A stretch of DNA of 63,783 nucleotides, filler included, from Stramenopiles sp. TOSAG23-2 (GCA_900128395.1; 31 parts of 31 records of this genome joined end to end with filler, not necessarily neighbours in it); one strand, 5' to 3'; shown: positions 24,941 through 38,559, counted from the whole stretch's first letter. The notes: generated by a model not told the origin, from the letters alone. Numbers and translations: made by a program.

Positions 24941-26813
24941 ATGAACGAAGATAGTGACTCATCATCAGATGAGGAAGAAGATGAAGAAGTCGTTTTAGCT
25001 GAAGTAAAGAAACAATTAGATGTAAAAGATTCAAAAACCTATCTTCAATTCATATCAACATTGCGTAAATTTGGTCGTTTATCGGAGTTAAGAAAAGCGA
25101 GAAAAACATATCATGAACTATTTCTATGCACACCAACAATGTGGAAAGAATGGCTACAAGATGAAATGGAAGTTATTACGAATAATAACGAGAAAAAAAC
25201 ATTATCGCATATTTATAAAGCTGCCACGGACGGGTATTATTCGTTTGATTTATATATTAAACGTATGGAATTTCAATATGATTTATTTAAAAACAATTGT
25301 AGCGAATGGGATGACAGTGTTCATATTTTTGACCATCTCGCAATTATTGCAGGATGCGATATTAATAATGGATCTAAAATATGGAAGTTAATTATAGATA
25401 TTAATATGGAAATATGTAATGAAGATAAAACTAATAAACATTTATGGAACTTTTGTATACGAGATTATTTTCTAGAACAATTAAGAATTCCATTACAAAA
25501 CAGTGAAGATACATTGATAGAATTTGAGAAATGGGGCAAAGCAAATCAAAATATCGTAAAAGAAAGTCATATTATCGAAGCAAGAAATTTGCACAATGTA
25601 GCGTCAAAAAAAAGATATACAAGGGAAGAAAGAGAAATTAATTTGTTAGCATTACAAGAAACAAATGCAAATGTTGAGGATTTAACCAAAGGTTGGTTGG
25701 AATATATAAACTTTGAAATCAATGAATATCAAAATGAATTTAAGATAAATGATGAGATGGAGCATACAAATATTGAAAATATTAAAGATGATCGAAATCC
25801 GTTTCCTGTAATATGTCTTTTTGAACGCGCCATTGCACAAATACCATCTAATTTGCAAATATGGTCACAGTATATATCTTTCCTTAATAATGTTGGCAAT
25901 ATTTCATACCCGTATTATCATTTCTTCTTTAATTTAATAGAATGGAAATATCGTGTACATCAAATGGCTGTTAAAAATATAACTTACTCGTCTGCATTAT
26001 ATATTGGTTTAATGTATTCTACTGAACGTATTGCCAACAGCAAAACAATTGGTGGCATTGATAATAATAATAATAAAAATCTTGCTAGCAATAAAATCTT
26101 GATGAATGTTAAAGAAATTGTAAATAAAGTAACAGCATCTAGATTACAAAATGCGATGGATTATGTAAATGTTTTGCTATCTTATTGCGGTATCGTCAAG
26201 CGTATTTCAAATGAAATAGAACTAGTACGCAACGCTTGTAAATATTCATGTGATGTGATATCAAAATTATATCCTGGATGGAATACAGGATTAATATATT
26301 TCTATAAATATCAAATATCGGTTGAAATTAGTATGGAGAAAAATGTTAAAAATGCAAGAGAGCTATGGGAATTAATTTTAAGCGATCCTCAATATATACG
26401 AACGTATAATGCTTGGAAAGAATTTATCAATATGGAGCGTATGTTAGGTAATTATAAAGAATGTAGAAAATTATATCATCGTGCAGTGACGAAGGTGCAA
26501 GATTATTCAAGTGCATTATTAGATGAATGGGAAAATTTTGAACGTGAAATTGCTGAAGACATTGTAGTATTAGATCGGTCAAATGTAATCATCAAAAATC
26601 AAAGAGATGTGTTAAATAAACGCTCAGCCATTGAATATCAAGAACGTGTAAGAATGGAACGAAAACGTAAATTTGATGCCACGGTTAAATCTCAACAAGT
26701 ACAAAATAGTGGAAGTAATAGTAGTACCAACAAGAACGATGGCGAACCCCTAAAAAAGAAATCAGCAGCAGGGCAAAAGAAAATGAAAAAAAGCAAGGTT
26801 ACAAATACTAATA
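24941..26813 (+). CDS. SART3: SART3/Prp24-like HAT-repeat protein (3' truncated before RRMs)
   Basis: ISTLRKFGRLSELRKARKTYHELF..MWKEWLQDE, CLFERAI, ARELWE, WKEFINMER, CRKLYHRAV, WENFERE. Confidence 0.75.
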
Positions 26814-27204
26814 NNNNNNNNNNNNNNNNNNNNNNNNNNNNNNNNNNNNNNNNNNNNTTAATTAATTAANNNNNNNNNNNNNNNNNNNNNNNNNNNNNNN
26901 NNNNNNNNNNNNNAATAATATATATATATATATATATTTAAAATACATATGGGTATGCATATGCCACAATAATATTAATATGATATGATCATACGAGCGT
27001 ATGATACTTTTTTATTTTAAAATCATAAAAATGGGTGTGTAGAAAACTAAAAACATCAGAACAAAGTAATACGAAGTATATAGTTCGTACGACGTATTTA
27101 TATATCATATTATAGCTTTTTATATTTGAAGTTATATTATAAATACGAACACCGTACAATTTAGGCTTATATTACTAAAATATTTTATTAAAAACACTTT
27201 CAAA

Positions 27205-28875
27205 TCACTTGCTACCAGTAGCTGCAGTAGCACTACCTGTAGCTGCTGATGTACCACCAGTTCCCCCTTTCTTTGTTATGTCTTCGTCTTCTTCTGGAAT
27301 TGGGCCAAATTTCACTCCTAATTTCTTTTGCTTTGCTTCCCACTTGGCAGCAAAACTTGATTCCATTTTGGCAATTAATTTATCTTGTGGTGTTTTTGTT
27401 TTATTTACAGCTTCTTCAGTAGCAAGATGATTCGCTATTTGTTGATAGTAATGCCCTGGCTCACGGCCATTACGATTGATAATCTTCAACTCATCTGTTG
27501 CCGGATTTTCAAGCATACGTTTATATTTTGGATTTACCTGTGCACCTGGTGCAAAAATGTATAATAATTCAGATTTTGATGGCCTGATAGTTGGCGCAAC
27601 TGGTAAAAGTGGTTGTCGTGTATACAATGGCCCTTCAGGCTTCTCAACTACAAATTGATGTACTGTACGGCAAAATTTCTCCGAACGACGAACATCGTTA
27701 TCTTCACTATTCGCTTTAAATATTGATTTAGCATGGTTACATGCCATTTCTACATTAGTATTTAATTGTTTCTTATATGCCGCAGACGATGCCATTTGTT
27801 TACAAATATCCATTGCCCATTTGGACATGACTTTCCACACTCCACCACGCTGTGTTTGCACACGCACTTTATCTAAATGCGCAAGTACACTTAAGGAGCA
27901 ATCACCTACAGTTCGAGGGAAATTTGTTGATGGGGCAAGCTCTGGACCGGACGCACCAGTATTTGTTGGTGCTACTATTTCCTCTTCTGTTGGAGCTGGC
28001 ATGGCACCGGTGCTTCCAGTACTACCAGTGCTACCAGTGCTACCAGTAGAACCAGTAGCGCTAGTGAAGGACATATCGTCATCTAGGATACTAAGCTGCT
28101 TTGTTTCTATATCTTTCGTTACTTGCAAACCATCGCATTTCGCACGCGCAACAGCTACTTCTTTTCTAGTTTTCGAAAGCTCTTCCTCTGCTATTGTACA
28201 TTTCTTGCCTTGCTTTGATACAGCTAATTCTAGGGCACCTTTTTTATTGACAGCATCTTTACATACTTTGTCAGATGCATCCAATTTGGCATGTAACGCC
28301 TTTAATTTCGTAAAACTAGTCTGCACGGCACTTGCAGCGGTGTTAACAGCAGCAACATAACCATGTTTCTCCGTTGCACATTTATTTACCATATCCTTCG
28401 TATCTGTTGTCAATTGTGCTACAGTATCTTTATATTGTTCCTCTGAATGCGACATCGCCTTCTCTAACTGTTCCTTACGGGTAGTTAATTCCATCGACTC
28501 GCCACCTTGAGCTCTAATTTTTTGAGCTACATCAGCTAATTCAGCATTAATTCTCCCAGCCTCTGTTTCAAATTTACTCTTAGCACCTACTTTACTTTTT
28601 TCAACATGTGCTGCACGATCGTCTTTCATAATTTTACATTCCTTCGTTTTCTCTTCCAATTTCTTCTGTAGACCCTCTAACTCATGGCGATTTTCTTCAT
28701 GTTCGCCTTGTGCATCCTCTAAATCTTTTGCATGGCTACGAGATGCTTCACATGTTTTTTCCATGTTGGCACCAAAATCTTCTGAAGCAGTTTTCTTTTT
28801 AGAAAGCTTCGTTTGACATTTAGCAAAAATATCTTCTTGCAATTGCAAAGTTTCTCTCAGCACCGTTACAGAAGC
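27205..28875 (-). CDS. Coiled-coil protein with (STG)n linker, 5' truncated
   Basis: Open from the contig edge; heptad-rich N half, ATGSTGSTG repeats. Confidence 0.7.
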   Translation of the reverse strand, partial: ASVTVLRETLQLQEDIFAKCQTKLSKKKTASEDFGANMEKTCEASRSHAKDLEDAQGEHEENRHELEGLQKKLEEKTKECKIMKDDRAAHVEKSKVGAKSKFETEAGRINAELADVAQKIRAQGGESMELTTRKEQLEKAMSHSEEQYKDTVAQLTTDTKDMVNKCATEKHGYVAAVNTAASAVQTSFTKLKALHAKLDASDKVCKDAVNKKGALELAVSKQGKKCTIAEEELSKTRKEVAVARAKCDGLQVTKDIETKQLSILDDDMSFTSATGSTGSTGSTGSTGSTGAMPAPTEEEIVAPTNTGASGPELAPSTNFPRTVGDCSLSVLAHLDKVRVQTQRGGVWKVMSKWAMDICKQMASSAAYKKQLNTNVEMACNHAKSIFKANSEDNDVRRSEKFCRTVHQFVVEKPEGPLYTRQPLLPVAPTIRPSKSELLYIFAPGAQVNPKYKRMLENPATDELKIINRNGREPGHYYQQIANHLATEEAVNKTKTPQDKLIAKMESSFAAKWEAKQKKLGVKFGPIPEEDEDITKKGGTGGTSAATGSATAATGSK

Positions 28876-29282
28876 NNNNNNNNNNNNNNNNNNNNNNNNN
28901 NNNNNNNNNNNNNNNNNNNTTAATTAATTAANNNNNNNNNNNNNNNNNNNNNNNNNNNNNNNNNNNNNNNNNNNNAGTATAAAACAACCATAAAACGTGT
29001 TCTAAAATGATTTATTTTTCAAAGAGAAGGGAGATTATATTAAAACACACTAATATTATTTCGTACATTGATTAGCGTACGAGTACTAAAACAATAATAT
29101 GCATACGTCTCCCCCCCCCTGGCTGCGAGAAAGCGTAAAATGTATTTTTCAAACCAGAAATACGTGAATGTACAAGAGTAATTCAATATTTTTAAAATTT
29201 ATCTGTGTGAGACACAAGATATTTTTTATTTTTTTATTTTATATTAATATTTTAAAAAATTTTATAATAACACAAACGTGAA

Positions 29283-30320
29283 TCATCTTTTCAAACCACG
29301 TCGATACCACATATAACAACCTAACAACCATACAATTGATAAAACTTTCCGTCCAATAAATCTTGCTGTGAAAAAAGAAAATGCTGATAAAATTTTAAAT
29401 ATTAACTCATTTTTTAAAAAGAAATGTGGTGATAAACGCATTGCATAATCAACTATTTGACAATCTGTACCAATAATTATACGTGTAGATTTGTTTTCAA
29501 ATCCATTTACTATTTGTATTGCAGCTTCCCGTGCAGTTGTACTTCCAATATTATTTAATGCCCAATGTAAATCACTACTACTTTTCATTTTATATTTATC
29601 AGGCAATTCAAAACCTAATGTTTTAGAATTGACGCAATCGCTTACATTATGTACATATTGATCGCAATTTTTAAATATATCTGTTTTCACCATACCTGGA
29701 TGTATAACAGATACATGTATATTTGGTGTTAATGTTAAACATTCCGACATGAAACATTCTGTAAATCCACGAACACCAAATTTAGACGTACAATATGCAC
29801 TTTCTCCTGGATAACCAGCAATACCAGCAAAAGATGATGTATTCCCAACATATGCTTGTTTCGATGCTTTTAAATATGGCAAAAATGCTTTGGTGCAATA
29901 AAATACAGAAAACAAATCAACTTTTACTACTTTTTCCCATTCTTCCACCGTTGTATTATCAGTTGTATTGGCACAGACAATCCCGGCATTATTTAATAAG
30001 CAATCACATTGTTTATGAATTTTTATTACATCTTCTGCAAATGCAAAAACTTGTTCACGGCTTGAAACATCTACTATGTGTGTCGTAATTAAAGTATGTT
30101 TACGTTCTTCTTCACTTAACATTTGATAAATGTAGCCAGCAGTCTCTTCTAATTTTTCAGCATTAATATCCGCCAATGCCAATCCTTTAATACCACGAGA
30201 TGCAAATATCTCTGCCATTTTTGCACCCATGCCTTGTCCACCACCAGTAATTACAGCTACTTTATCTTTCCAAATGGTATTATTTTTTATTGATGATGAT
30301 GTTGATAATATATTTCCCAT
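29283..30320 (-). CDS. Short-chain dehydrogenase/reductase, possible N-myristoylation
   Basis: TGGGQGMG, NNAGI, S...YCTSK catalytic motif, HPGMVKT; starts MGNILS; 5' end duplicated (194-bp period). Confidence 0.9.
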   Translation of the reverse strand: MGNILSTSSSIKNNTIWKDKVAVITGGGQGMGAKMAEIFASRGIKGLALADINAEKLEETAGYIYQMLSEEERKHTLITTHIVDVSSREQVFAFAEDVIKIHKQCDCLLNNAGIVCANTTDNTTVEEWEKVVKVDLFSVFYCTKAFLPYLKASKQAYVGNTSSFAGIAGYPGESAYCTSKFGVRGFTECFMSECLTLTPNIHVSVIHPGMVKTDIFKNCDQYVHNVSDCVNSKTLGFELPDKYKMKSSSDLHWALNNIGSTTAREAAIQIVNGFENKSTRIIIGTDCQIVDYAMRLSPHFFLKNELIFKILSAFSFFTARFIGRKVLSIVWLLGCYMWYRRGLKR

Positions 30321-31284
30321 GTTTTCTTTCGTCCTGTTATATAATTGTATCTATCCAATTTTTTACTTTATTTATTCTTCTCCCTATATATAGGAGTTAA
30401 TTTGTTGTTGATCACGTGTAGAAAAAATATATAATTTCAATAGACTAATATTATTGATATATATATCTTGGTATTATTTTTTATTGATGATGATGTTGAT
30501 AATATATTTCCCATGTTTTCTTTCGTCCTGTTATATAATTGTATCTATCCAATTTTTTACTTTATTTATTCTTCTCCCTATATATAGGAGTTAATTTGTT
30601 GTTGATCACGTGTAGAAAAAATATATATTTTCAATAATATTATTGATATATATATCTATCTCTATTATTTTTTTTCTATTGCCAGTAGTAGTGGTGGGGT
30701 GTGTTGTAATAAATTCATCAATAAAAGTAATAAAAAAAAGAACAAAAAAAACTATTATTCGAATAATAATAGCTAATAACGGTTGATAGAAAGAAAGAAA
30801 ACTAAAAAAATGAAAGAGAGTATGTATGAAAAGAAATAATATTGTATCGTTTAAGAAATCGTGTCATTGATTAAAATCGTCCATTACGTCGTCCTCCTCG
30901 TCCTCATATTCATACATCAATGTCGTTGTTTGCACNNNNNNNNNNNNNNNNNNNNNNNNNNNNNNNNNNNNNNNNNNNNTTAATTAATTAANNNNNNNNN
31001 NNNNNNNNNNNNNNNNNNNNNNNNNNNNNNNNNNNACGACGATCCTTTCTCCATTATAGATTGATATCTCTGTTGGTATTTTCAAATGTAGTATATATAT
31101 AATTATCACGATGGTATCTTTTTATTTGAAAAAGTATATTTTCGTTTTGTACATAGAATTTATATATGTATCAAAACACTGTGCCTTGCACATAAATAAT
31201 GCAAATTAACCAGCAAAAAATAATATTTGAATTGGAGCACTACTTACTGGACATCATGTAACTTTCTTTCTTTTTCCACTAATG

Positions 31285-31990
31285 CTAATTTCCTTCTTTT
31301 TTGAAATTGTTTAATTTCATTAATGCTATTTCTATGCTATTTGTGAAAATCCCTATAGGGGAACATGAATGAAGAAGAATGTAATTTAAAAAAATGTATA
31401 TATTTTCCACAATTACTTCTTTCAATTTGTTGGCATCTTCATGACACATTATTCTGCTTCTACTTGTTCCTCTCCCGGTTCTTTCTTCAAAAAAACCAAC
31501 CGTTGGATTGAATATAATGCTATGTAGATTCTCCGTGTTTGTCAAATCAAATATTTTATGTTCAGATGTAGTTATAAAATATCCACTTTCTGGAAGTCTT
31601 TCTCCATATATATCTTCATTACATCCCAAACATTCCTGATCGCAATTTCTTGTTCCCTCTGTTAAGAAACAATCACAAACACCTCGCAATTCCGATTGTG
31701 CTTTATCAAAAGCAATCAAATCCCCATTATCATTTATAAAACCATTATCTATTATCCTCTGATCATTTTCATTTGGCATACACTTACCCACGCCCAACCC
31801 TTCACCACATGGATTAATTTGTCGTTTGCATTGTTTGCATCAATACTTTCGTTGGTGTTATTATTATCATTTTCTTCAGTTTTGTTACTATTTTCGATAT
31901 CGAAAGGCCCTGTTATTTTTGTTGTTCCAAAGAACGTGTTTTTCCCTGTTGTTTTTAATAATGCAAACAGCGAACAATTATGTACAGCTG
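31285..31990 (-). pseudogene. Frameshifted Cys-rich extracellular protein fragment
   Basis: CKRQINPCGEGLGVGKC...GVCDCF..NCDQEC in one frame; upstream coding-like sequence sits in another frame. Confidence 0.35.
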
Positions 31991-32897
31991 TTTGAAATCA
32001 TGTGAACATGCAATACGCATACTTCGAGGAAAGTATGGGGTAAAGCAAAAACAAATTCCCATATGGTGTTTGAAAAATGGTGGTGAGACAACGTTGTTTA
32101 AATGCACTCATAAGGCTTTTATTCCGGTATCAGAAAAGGACTACGAATGGAAAAAACAACGATACATACGTATGGTTGACGGTCGTTTTGAAGAATTTAC
32201 GGTAAACAATCTTGTTGGAAATAATACTGGAAATAAAAGCTTGGTTAGGGGGAATTTTCCCTTACTGCAGAAATTTAAAAAACTGATGTCGGGAATAGTT
32301 GCAACTAAATCAGGCCATGCAATAGAACGTTTTCAAGATGTGTGTGGTGAACGTGATGTTGGTGGATTTAATAATATTCTTTTACGGACTATATTATTTA
32401 TAGTTGCAAAAGATCATTCATTTATTTCCATTACATCCATACCTATTCTTTTACGGACTATTTTAACAAAACTAGTTGCAATAGATTTGTTCATTTACAA
32501 CACTACCACCTTTTTTTAAAAAATTCTTTTAGGACAAAGGAACAACAACAAAATGAGTTTGGCATCAGGCACAGCGCGTATTGTCCACCTTGTATACTAA
32601 CATACTAGCAATAATCGTACTATACAAGGTAGCTAGCTGTCTTCTTTACAACCACATAATCAAATCATAATAAAATCATCACATACAATTCAATCACATC
32701 ATAATAAATATATATATTGTATTGTTGCTGTTGGTGAGGGGTATCGTTGTCTATATATACTAATCGATCAAGAATATTCAGTTATATATATATACATACA
32801 TACATACATCATTCTATTATAAAAATAAAGACAACATTTCATACATATAAACAGATTTGAGGACCATATATATATATATATATATATAATATAAAAA

Positions 32898-32994
32898 ATG
32901 AACAAATTAATTTTCATAACGTTCATATTAGCATTAGTCGTAATCAATAATACTAACGCAGCAAGTAATAGTGGTAGCAATAGCGAAACAAAAC
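32898..32994 (+). CDS. 5' end of a secreted protein (signal peptide)
   Basis: MNKLIFITFILALVVINNTNAASNSG runs into the linker. Confidence 0.55.
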
Positions 32995-33439
32995 NNNNNN
33001 NNNNNNNNNNNNNNNNNNNNNNNNNNNNNNNNNNNNNNTTAATTAATTAANNNNNNNNNNNNNNNNNNNNNNNNNNNNNNNNNNNNNNNNNNNNTCTCTA
33101 AATCCAATAATTTCAATTCTAATTTTTTTGTTTTTTTTATTTTATTTATTTTAAAACATTTTTTTTTTAAATATAGATGGATAGAAATTATAGAACAACT
33201 TATCGTGCTAATATATATCAACTGGTGGGTTAAACATTTTTTTATAAAAAATATGTAATTTTACACAATCACATACCTCCTATCATATCTTTTCAATATA
33301 TATTATATATATATATACATAGTTTTTTAAACATTTTGAAAGTTAACATATTCTTTTTTTTATACAGTACCTAGAACAACTTATCGTGCTATATCTATTG
33401 TGGGTTAGACATTTTTTTTTAAAACCAATTTGAAAGTTA

Positions 33440-34379
33440 ATGTATATTAGTATAACAATTAATTTTCTTTACTCCTCCTTTCCATGGTGTTCAATTGTGA
33501 TGGTATTTCTATCGCGATTAACAGTTACTTTTCCATTACATGGTTTTCCATGTGTTGTCGACCATTCNNNNNNNNNNNNNNNNNNNNNNNNNNNNNNNNN
33601 NNNNNNNNNNNNNNNNNNNNNNNNNNNNNNNNNNNNNNNNNNNNNNNNNNNNNNNNNNNNNNNNNNNNNNNNNNNNNNNNNNNNNNNNNNNNNAGTTAAA
33701 ATTACGTCCTTGCTTTGGGCACGAAAGTTTTGTTTCTTCCCCTGTCTTTGTATTCTGGCTTATAGTTTCAAAAGTATTCTGATCAGTTAAATTAAAAACT
33801 CCAAGCCAATTATCACCGGGTTTCACGCTCCCCAAATATGGAGAATGAACAGTAATATTTTTTGGGCAACAATACCATGAAGAAATACACCACCCAGTTT
33901 TTGACTTCGGATTACTTTCAAGACAATTTGTATTTGGTCCATACGTCAGAACCGGTTGCAATATTGCCCTTCCGCTCGGTGGTGGCATGACAGTAGAAAA
34001 TCCTCCAATATATGGTCCTTTATTATAGGGTTCCATCATCCATCCAGCGTTATCAATCCAATTATTACAAGGAAGTTTCTCGCACGTGCAAGGAGCCTTT
34101 TGGCAATCGTTTTTTTTTTTCATGGTGGAGATACATGCGTTGAGGCTTTGGTGCGTATACTTGCTCTGAACATACTGGCGCTGGCGTGTGGCGCCACGCA
34201 CCATACAATGGGTGTGAAATGATCAAATCATTTGTATGTAAATCTTCTTCCACATGCGAACCACTAGGAACTTGGAGAACACACTCTTTTGGCCGCAGAC
34301 CAAAAGGTGTCGGTACTACGGAGCAATCTCCTGACTGTATAGCAAGCGCGAACGCCACAAAAATATACCAATACATTAT
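33440..34379 (-). CDS. Secreted uncharacterised protein, frameshift in an A11 run (~34110..34120) and an internal N gap; 3' end approximate
   Basis: Signal peptide, VPTPFGLRPKECVLQVPSG, then NNWIDNAGW, ILQPVLTYG, WCISSWY in the shifted frame. Confidence 0.6.
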
Positions 34380-35360
34380 GACGGCTCAATAAATAAATAT
34401 ATTCACTTCTCGAATGTATACTCTGTTTTTGTGTAATTTTATAATTTGCATCATTTAATTTAAATTCGAATTTTAACCTGTTGAATACCAGAATAGAAAG
34501 CCGAAAGTGCGAAAGTGCGAAAGAAGAAATAATAAAAAAGGAAGAAAGAACGAAGGATTAATTTTTGCCATGCCGGGCATGGCTATTATTAATTTAAGGA
34601 AACAGTCAAAAATCTGAGAGAAGACGACTTTTCTGGCCCTAAATTTAAATTAAAATGCTGAAGGGACAAAACACAAATATTTCCAGTATACAACTAGTGT
34701 AAAAAACATTCTATTTTCAATTTTATATCCACGCCAGGTCTTGGCATTTTTAATTAAAAATTTATACAAAATTTTAAACTACCAGATATGATATCAAAAT
34801 TATCAAAAAATATTTATGATGTGTGGTTAAAATCTAAAGTTTTTATATTTAAAATATATGATATTTAATAATTTTATCAAGATACTTCCCGTGGTAAATA
34901 ATATGCTCAATATTTAAATATCCCCCTGTAATCATCACAAACTTATAATCTGGCCTGGGTCGCGCTGGTGCTCCACGAGACTGCTGTAAAACACCCGCAC
35001 GGTTTGCTGCGCCTGCCGGTCCTGCACTGAGTCTTTGCTTCTCTTTCGTCAGGNNNNNNNNNNNNNNNNNNNNNNNNNNNNNNNNNNNNNNNNNNNNTTA
35101 ATTAATTAANNNNNNNNNNNNNNNNNNNNNNNNNNNNNNNNNNNNNNNNNNNNTGACCTATCAAATATATCAAACACTACAAATCTACTGAGTATATGAA
35201 AAGGACTACATTAAGTATAAATATGATAGGAAATGAAAAACAGAAAATGTGGCAGAAAAACACATTTTTCAAGAGTAAAATGTTGTAAGGCCTGTGTCCA
35301 TGCTAATTTCTAAATGCTATTTCCATATATTAAAAACACTCTATAGGGGACAATTACCAT

Positions 35361-37030
35361 TACTATAGAAAATAACAAAAAATCTCCATACTTAAATTTT
35401 AAGTGAAGTACCAAAAAAGCACAATTAGACTACGAAAATTATACTACATTTCTATAACACCTCAAACACGAATATTTTTGCCAATTTTATTTTCATTTTG
35501 AGAACTTCCGCCAAAGTGGGTACGAAAATTGAGAAATTTCATCAGATATATCAAATTTGCCTACTATAGAAAACAACAAAAAATCTCCATACTATAGTTT
35601 TAAGTACTCTAACAAAAATATGTAAATTAGACTACGAAAATTATACTACATTTCTATAACACCTCAAACACGAATATTTTTGCCAATTTTATTTTCATTT
35701 TTTAAAGTTCCGCCAAAGTGGGTACGAAATTGGAGAAATTTCATCAGATATATAAAAATTGCATTTTGTCTCACAACATCATTCCCAACATTTTCACCCC
35801 ATATAAAGTTCCACATCCTTATTTCATATATATAACTTGTATCTCTAAACTCCAACCAAAATAAATATTACATTTACATGAAACGCTAGACCCAAAATGA
35901 ATTTTCACTCAAAAATGCACATTTTTTGACACTTTTAATCCTTATTTCATATATATAACTTGTATCTCTAAACTCCAACCAAAATAAATATTACATTTAC
36001 ATGAAACGCTAGACCCAAAGTGAATTTTCTCTAAAAAATGCATATTTTTTGACACTTTTATTAAGGTTTTACAAGCCTATTACATAGTAAGGGTACTTTG
36101 ACATACGATTGAAACGTCGTTAGTAAACTATGTTCCTGACACTCAGTTGTCATCAACTTACTCTTAAGTTTTAGTCTACACATGTATAAATGAGAATCGA
36201 GCCTACTTTTGTATTCATATTTTAATTGACTCGAGATATATTGTGTCAACTATACCCTATTTTGCAATGTATTTGAACATGCCTGAAAAAGGCCTAGAAT
36301 TCCAGATCGATTTTAAATCACAACAATTCTAACGGGAGCTAGAAATCATCAATTTAAACACGAAACATAAAAAATTTTGATAAAATATCGCAGATTCTAT
36401 ATCGTAGGTGATATATTTAACTTTTCTCCGAGAGTTTACATGTATAATTATGTTTTTAAAGAAAAGTGCTGAGATTTTATATTTTAATTGACTCGAGATA
36501 TATTGTGTCAACTATACCCTATTTTGCAATGTATTTGAACATGCCTGAAAAAGGCCTAGAATTCCAAAACGATTTTGAATCACATCAATTCTAAATGGAC
36601 CTAGAAATCTTCATTATAAACATGCAACATAAAAAATTTTGATAAAATGTTGTAGTTTCTATATCTTAGGTGATATATTTAACTTTTCTCCGAGAGTTTA
36701 CATGTATAATTATGTTTTTAAAGAAAAGTGCTGAGAATTTTTTTTAAATCGTACGTTAGCATGGAGTTAGTATTAGAGCACTTTTCCATGTAAATGGTGA
36801 AAATCATGAAAGGTTGAAAACTTTCATTGAAGATATTAAAATTAGACTTTGAAACGTTGCATATCCGTTATTTATTACGTATATAATGTCTGTAGGTCGT
36901 GGAGCACTTTTTCATCGAAATGGTGAAAATCAGGAAAGGTTGAAAACTTTCATTGATATTATTGAAATTAGACGTTGAAACGTTGCATATCCGTCAATTA
37001 TTACATATACAAGGTCTGTAGGTCGTGGTC
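35361..37030 (+). repeat. Non-coding contig built from four successive diverged tandem pairs (periods ~202, 123, 262, 126 bp)
   Basis: Units start at about 35361/35563, 35815/35938, 36218/36480 and 36776/36902; no credible ORF. Confidence 0.85.
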
Positions 37031-37657
37031 TGGGGAGTTTACCGTTAGAACTTTGTAAACTAAAAATATCGTGCATTTTGATCATTTACATTAGGGTTAG
37101 AGATGCTAGCANNNNNNNNNNNNNNNNNNNNNNNNNNNNNNNNNNNNNNNNNNNNTTAATTAATTAANNNNNNNNNNNNNNNNNNNNNNNNNNNNNNNNN
37201 NNNNNNNNNNNTATTGTATTTATTACTGTTCTCTCACTGTTGTTCTTCAATGTTTTTTTAGTTCACTTTCACTTTACAAATAAGTTAGTTATACACATAT
37301 GTGCAAGTTGTAAGTTGTTTGAAAAGTTTTTAACTGTGATGAGGAGTTAATGGTGTGCACCTGCTATATATGCCGTTTGTAAAATGATGCAATCATTTTA
37401 ACCTCAAAGTACTATAGACAAATGTATTCCGACTATTTCTTTTCTGGCAATAGCTATTGACATAACCCTATTTTTAACTATATCTGGAAAAGATTTAATC
37501 CTATGGTAGTGCTAATATCGGATATTTATATTGACACAAATCGATTAGTTTTGTAATTTCGGTCAACTGGCAATAGCTTTTAGCACAAAATATGGTATTT
37601 CAGTGCTGTGTAATGCTAATAGCTATTGCCAGTAATTAAAATTTATCTGGCCCCCAG

Positions 37658-37695
37658 GCTGGGTGCTGGGTGCTGGGTGCTGGGTGCTGGGTGCT
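37658..37695 (+). repeat. (GCTGGGT)x5 microsatellite
   Basis: Direct reading; five GGG runs. Confidence 0.95.
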
Positions 37696-37706
37696 CCCTA
37701 AAGTTA

Positions 37707-37957
37707 AAGTATAAATTATGTGTCATTTGATTGAAATAAATCGATAATTTTAATATTTCTGATATTCTAATTTCCCTTTCAAGTATAACTTATGTGTCCT
37801 TTGATAGGAATAAAAATCGATAATTCATATTTCTGATATTCTAATTACCCCTTCAAGTATAAATTATGTGTCATTTGATAGGAAATAAATCGATAATTTT
37901 AATATTTTCGATATTCTAATTTCCCCTTCAAGTATAAATTATGCATCATTTGATAGG
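37707..37957 (+). repeat. ~74-75-bp minisatellite, about 3.4 copies
   Basis: aagtataa.ttatgtgtc.tttgat...atcgataatt...gatattctaatt units at 37707, 37781, 37855 and 37930. Confidence 0.9.
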
Positions 37958-38313
37958 ATGTCTTTATATAGGAATCTATTTGTATAGTACTAAGTACAAA
38001 TGATAACAAATTATTTTTAAATAACGACAATTTGAAATACTACTAATAACTAAGTACTACTAATGAAAGAATTGATTGATGTATATATATATATATATGT
38101 AGTAGTAGATAAATCACAGAATTTATAGATAAAGTGCAAATTATTTTGATATTTCATATATATATTGTATACCACGTTTGTACATTGTGTGTTTGTTTGT
38201 GAGAAATTTAATTTGTGTATTTTTTTTTTTCTAAAAAAATATTACATCATCATTATAAACATTTTTTATTAGTGACATTTTGTATAAAATAATAATAATA
38301 ATAGTTTTGAATA

Positions 38314-38559
38314 ATGTCGGAAGAAACACCACAGAATAGTCAAGATTTAACCGTCTTTGTACAATCATTGTTGCAACAAATGCAAGGTCGTTTTCAACAA
38401 ATGTCAGAAGCAATTATAGGACGTATTGATGAAATGGGTGGTCGTATTGACGAGTTGGAAGCATCTATTGGTGAATTAATGGCACAAGCTGGTGTAGAAG
38501 ATGATGAAGATGGTAAAAAAGATGGTGAAGCTGGTGATAAAAATGAATCAGAATCGTAA
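38314..38559 (+). CDS. HSBP1: Heat shock factor-binding protein 1
   Basis: DLTVFVQSLLQQMQGRFQQMSEAIIGRIDEMGGRIDELEASIGELMAQAG is the HSBP1 consensus. Confidence 0.93.
   Translation: MSEETPQNSQDLTVFVQSLLQQMQGRFQQMSEAIIGRIDEMGGRIDELEASIGELMAQAGVEDDEDGKKDGEAGDKNESES

Noticed and set aside
37091-37100. TTAGGGTTAG as a telomere
   Set aside because: Fewer than two units and not an array.
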